Part shown: positions 60,008 through 64,000 of the stretch, piece by piece
Numbering within the stretch: the stretch's first letter is position 1
Layout of the letters: every line of letters starts with the position of its first letter
Source of the DNA: Ranitomeya imitator
Lineage: Eukaryota
Direction: 5' to 3'
DNA length: 64,000 bases
Assembly: GCF_032444005.1 (NCBI RefSeq)
Contig: NC_091289.1
Span: forward strand, 130,138,001-130,202,000
The notes under the pieces: model-generated
The model's database searches: none
What the model saw: the letters and a program-made list of their open reading frames with translations, nothing else
Told to the model about the DNA's origin: nothing
Position numbers and translations under genes: made by a program

Positions 60008-63000
60008 AGCAGATCCTGAGAGACTTTTTCCCTCCTAATGAATAATAATGAAGGAAATTAGAAATCGGATTTCTGTTTGGCTATACCGTAACACCACAAG
60101 GGAAGCCATATGTTGCTTCTTTGGCCCCTCGGTTTATTTTCTTAATAAACATACTCTTGTACTAATATTTACATATCTCTTGGATGTTAAAGCTTGTGTT
60201 AACAAAGGATAAGAACAGAGGAACAATTCCCGTGGATCTCGCATACAGTACGTGTGACAGATACTTGATAATCTTTTCTCACTTGCAGTGGATAATCATT
60301 GTAATGCCAACTGTCTGGATAATAACAATATGAAGACAATTAATGTTACGATTAAGTCGAAACGCGTCAACACCAGAACGCTGTCTTGTCTGTGACCTAT
60401 TTTTAATGGAAGTGTAATAAAGCTGCAAAGATTTTATTGGAGACATCGATTCTCTTGTCTTCATATTGGATTTTCCTGCCCAGGCCGAGGAGCTTTCTGG
60501 ATCTTCGAAATGTATGTGATGGTGGATACCTTACAAGGGTGAGCTAATCGACTTGTCTATATAATAACCCCCTGGTGAGCTTTATGGTGGGAGTTTCACT
60601 GCACCAATGTTTACCTCAAAGAAGTACTCCCATCCAAGATCTTATCCTCTTGAAGGGGATGTCCACTAATAGGACAACCTCTTCTCATCCCTCATGTTTG
60701 ACCCAGTTAAAGCAAAAATTCTTTGGGTGCTTTCACATTGTGTTCATGGATCCTATCGGGGCATACGGGGTTCCGACAAATGCATCAGCAAGGCCGTAGA
60801 CTGTAATGGTGACAGTAGAGTGAACATACGCTCTGACGTGCACCGGTTTAGGGATTGTGAGCCTACAGTAGGCGAACACAGCCCTGACTTCGTGTTGATG
60901 TTCAATGCATCCAAAGGTGGGGATGGTGAAACCGACACAGATTGGGCGTTCATGAGACCCAGGAACCCAAGTGCCATCACCGCTGGAATGGCACCAGGAT
61001 TAGATGTGAGTGTAGATGTTACATCTATTACCGACATGATACAGATTATACGTCACGGTGTACTTACAATTACTCCACTAGGCCTATGGTAATAATTGAT
61101 TGAAAGCTGACTAGCTTTGTTTAGAAACAGGAAATCTCTTTTGCCTGCATGAGCCATCTTTAGAACATCATTAGAACTACAATTCACATCACTGAAAAGT
61201 GGGGAGGAGAAGAGGTCAGAAAGAGGAGGTGGAGCTAGGCAGCCAAAGTCATTGTAGTGATGGAGAATTGTAGTTCTAATGATGACTCATGTGGGGAAGA
61301 GAAACTTCCACACAGAGCTTAGAAGGATTCCGCTAACCATTTCATAATCGCGTGACGTCATAGACCTAATGGAAAAGACAAGAATTAACTGAGTAGAACG
61401 ACAAAATGAGCAATTGTAAGTACACAGTGCTGTATAATATTGTGATTACAATAGATTAAGAGGATAAAAATGTTGATGGCAGTGCTTCCTTAAAAATTAG
61501 GGTTGCAGTATAAAACACGGTGAAGGGATAGATCATCCGCATTATCGTTGGATAACACATGAAGGTTGCATCCTAATGAAGCTAAGGGTTCATGTACATG
61601 GCGATGCATATGCAGGAATTATTTTACACACAATATAGGAGATGGTAGATCCCGCTATCAGCAAGTTCTTCCTCATTAAATGGATAGGGGGTACTCTGTA
61701 TTTTTGGGACAGACCCATTAGTTTTTCAGGCAGTGAACTCTGTGGATGCTGCATCATATACAGATAGCAGTTCCAAAAATGTCTATAAACTGTCCTCAAC
61801 CCAAAATAAACCCGTTACCATAATTCAGTTAAATAAGCTAAAAACGCTTTTTATACTATATTTATACAGAAAACCACACAATAAGTGGAAACCATAGGCA
61901 TTCTTTTCCCTAACACTCTGCAGTGTGTGAACAAGGCTTATATAACTACTTTATCTTTACATTTACAGTCAATATATCAGCAAATGTTAACTTTATGCCA
62001 AAATAAGAATGGTAAATCAAATGTCGTCTGCTCAATAGAAAAAAAATATTAGTTTACATACAGGGGACACCCCGTCGATTAAACAAATCATGTAGCACTT
62101 TCTTTCTCACTAGAAAGCTGTAAAATCCGATATTTAAAGGTCAAGTTTTTTGTTAATCTAAATAGCGGAGACAGGAAACCTTTAGCATTTTCATAATATT
62201 GTAGCAAAAGACGAAGATTAAGCTATAAAGGCACCATGGTAACTTCATCGCTTTCTCTCCACTAATTCAATATTGTTTAAAAAAGCATGTATTATATAAA
62301 AAAAACTGCTTGATGGACAGTTTCACACACAGCATTGCCCGTAAAAAGGCCAACAGTGGATCCATCAAGAAGAAAAGGTGAAGGAAAGGTCTACGTTCTT
62401 CTTGTATATCTGGCAATTTTTAATCCAGTTCTGATTTTGGTTAAAAAAAGATTTAAAAAAAAAAGAAAGTCCAATGGCGTTTTTTCCAAAATGGTGATTT
62501 TACACATGGTGATGTAAGAGATCATCCCCATGGAATAGGATGGGTACCACAATAATTTATAATGATGACCACAAACCACAAATTACTCCAAAAGCACAGA
62601 CCCACATTACAAATAGCCAGTGCACGCCCTAAAGTTTGCAAAATACATGATTATATTTAGACAAAGCATAAAGGTAAACACACAATTAAAGAGCACTTGA
62701 ACTCTAGCGTCACCTATTGGAAGTAGCAATCCTAAAAGTCAATGTCGACCCTTTAACAAGCCTTGTCACATGACTTAGAATAAGTTGCTATTGACTTTTA
62801 GGATCACTGATTCCAACAGGTGGCACTAGAGTTCTTGTCCTCTTCCTCTCTGAAGAAGCATTTTGCATATTTAATTTCAGGGAGGAGCATGTATGGCCAA
62901 TAAGTCTCCTCACTCTGACATGCCAGACCTGGCTTGTCACTCTTCACAAGGAGAAACGTTACCCCTTAGATCCCACACAATTAAAAGCTCACAAAAACAG

Positions 63001-64000
63001 TCCATGAGCTAACAATTCAGGGGAGACCCAAAGAATCCGTGTTATGCCTCAAACACAAAATAGTGAAACACAATGAATGAAAAAACAGCCTGTAAGATTA
63101 ATTGTGACAAGTAAATAATTAGAAATTGTGGAATAAATAATTTTGGCTGAATTAATACACCAATGTATGTAATGAAAAAGGTCTAATGCTTAAATAATGA
63201 GAGAAGAATGCCGCGTTGCGCTACCAGATACTGAGGCTTTGTTGGGTGGAGGCGCAATGCGTTGGGTATCTTCCTCGATGTCCTTCTCTCATTATTTAAC
63301 TACTAGATCTTTTTCATTTTCAAACATTGCGTAGTATTATTTGTCAATAATAATTTAATATCCACTATTGCTAATCATTTGTTTGTCACAATGAATTTTG
63401 AACTTTTTTATTATTATTAATGTTATTTCACCATAATGCATTTGAGGGAGGAGCCCCAATATTACATAGTATGAATGCTGTGGGTCGCCCCTAAGTTATC
63501 ATATAATCGGGGACCTTGTATGTTTTTAGATATGTGTGTCTACCTTTATAACTATCTTTTAAATAAAATCATGACTTTTGTCATCTTTTGGGTGTCTGAT
63601 GACTTTATGTATTGTGGTTCTGTTCTTTCGGAGTTGGACTCATAAAGAAACCATGAAAGGGATTGACAGTAGAGACGAGCTAGTGTCCGGTGCTGAACTC
63701 CGAGCACAGGCTTCTCTTGGAAGTCCATTATACAGTTCGAGAGTTATGGGAAGGAATGACAGAGGGAGAGAGAGAAATTCAAATTCGGGTAGAGTTCTAG
63801 AACTTTGGATAAAGCCAATGAACCCGAACGTCCATGGGTGTGCTAATGCCTAATGGACAGCTCTCTCACAAATTCATATGAAAAGCCATCAGTCCTTGGT
63901 GATCATGGCACCTCCCTGCTCTACAAGGAGAGACATTTTTTTTTAATAGCAGGCATGCGATGCTTGACTTCCTCTGCAGTATTCATGATGGCTTCTTATG

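Noticed and set aside
60694-61092. 132-aa ORF
   Set aside because: Overlaps a decayed MITE-like sequence; no domain recognised.

Overview
Repeat-rich vertebrate genomic DNA, not prokaryotic; the transposon families suggest an anuran amphibian (inference). The only host gene I can support is a fibrillar collagen of the type XI/V alpha-1 clade, best matching col11a1, on the minus strand. Two exons of its N-terminal TSPN/LamG domain are present (41468-41681, 214 nt; 37134-37296, 163 nt), equivalent to exons 3 and 4. I did not find exons 2 or 5 by eye, so the rest of the window is probably intron. The introns hold: a >10.8 kb hAT transposon with an intact 1191-aa BED-finger transposase, its own promoter and large internal tandem arrays; two Tc1 elements (one apparently intact) plus a Tc1 relic; a 5'-truncated CR1 LINE; a solo LTR; a truncated sushi/Tf1-type Gypsy element; a 4-kb 26-bp satellite; a V-SINE; many palindromic MITEs; and Penelope-type hammerhead-like motifs. 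The best leads are a 12-nt tRNA-independent self-priming signature in the Gypsy LTR, a hammerhead-ribozyme-like core inside a 58-bp inverted repeat, and the architecture of the hAT element. All are new instances of known mechanism classes; I found no clearly unprecedented system.
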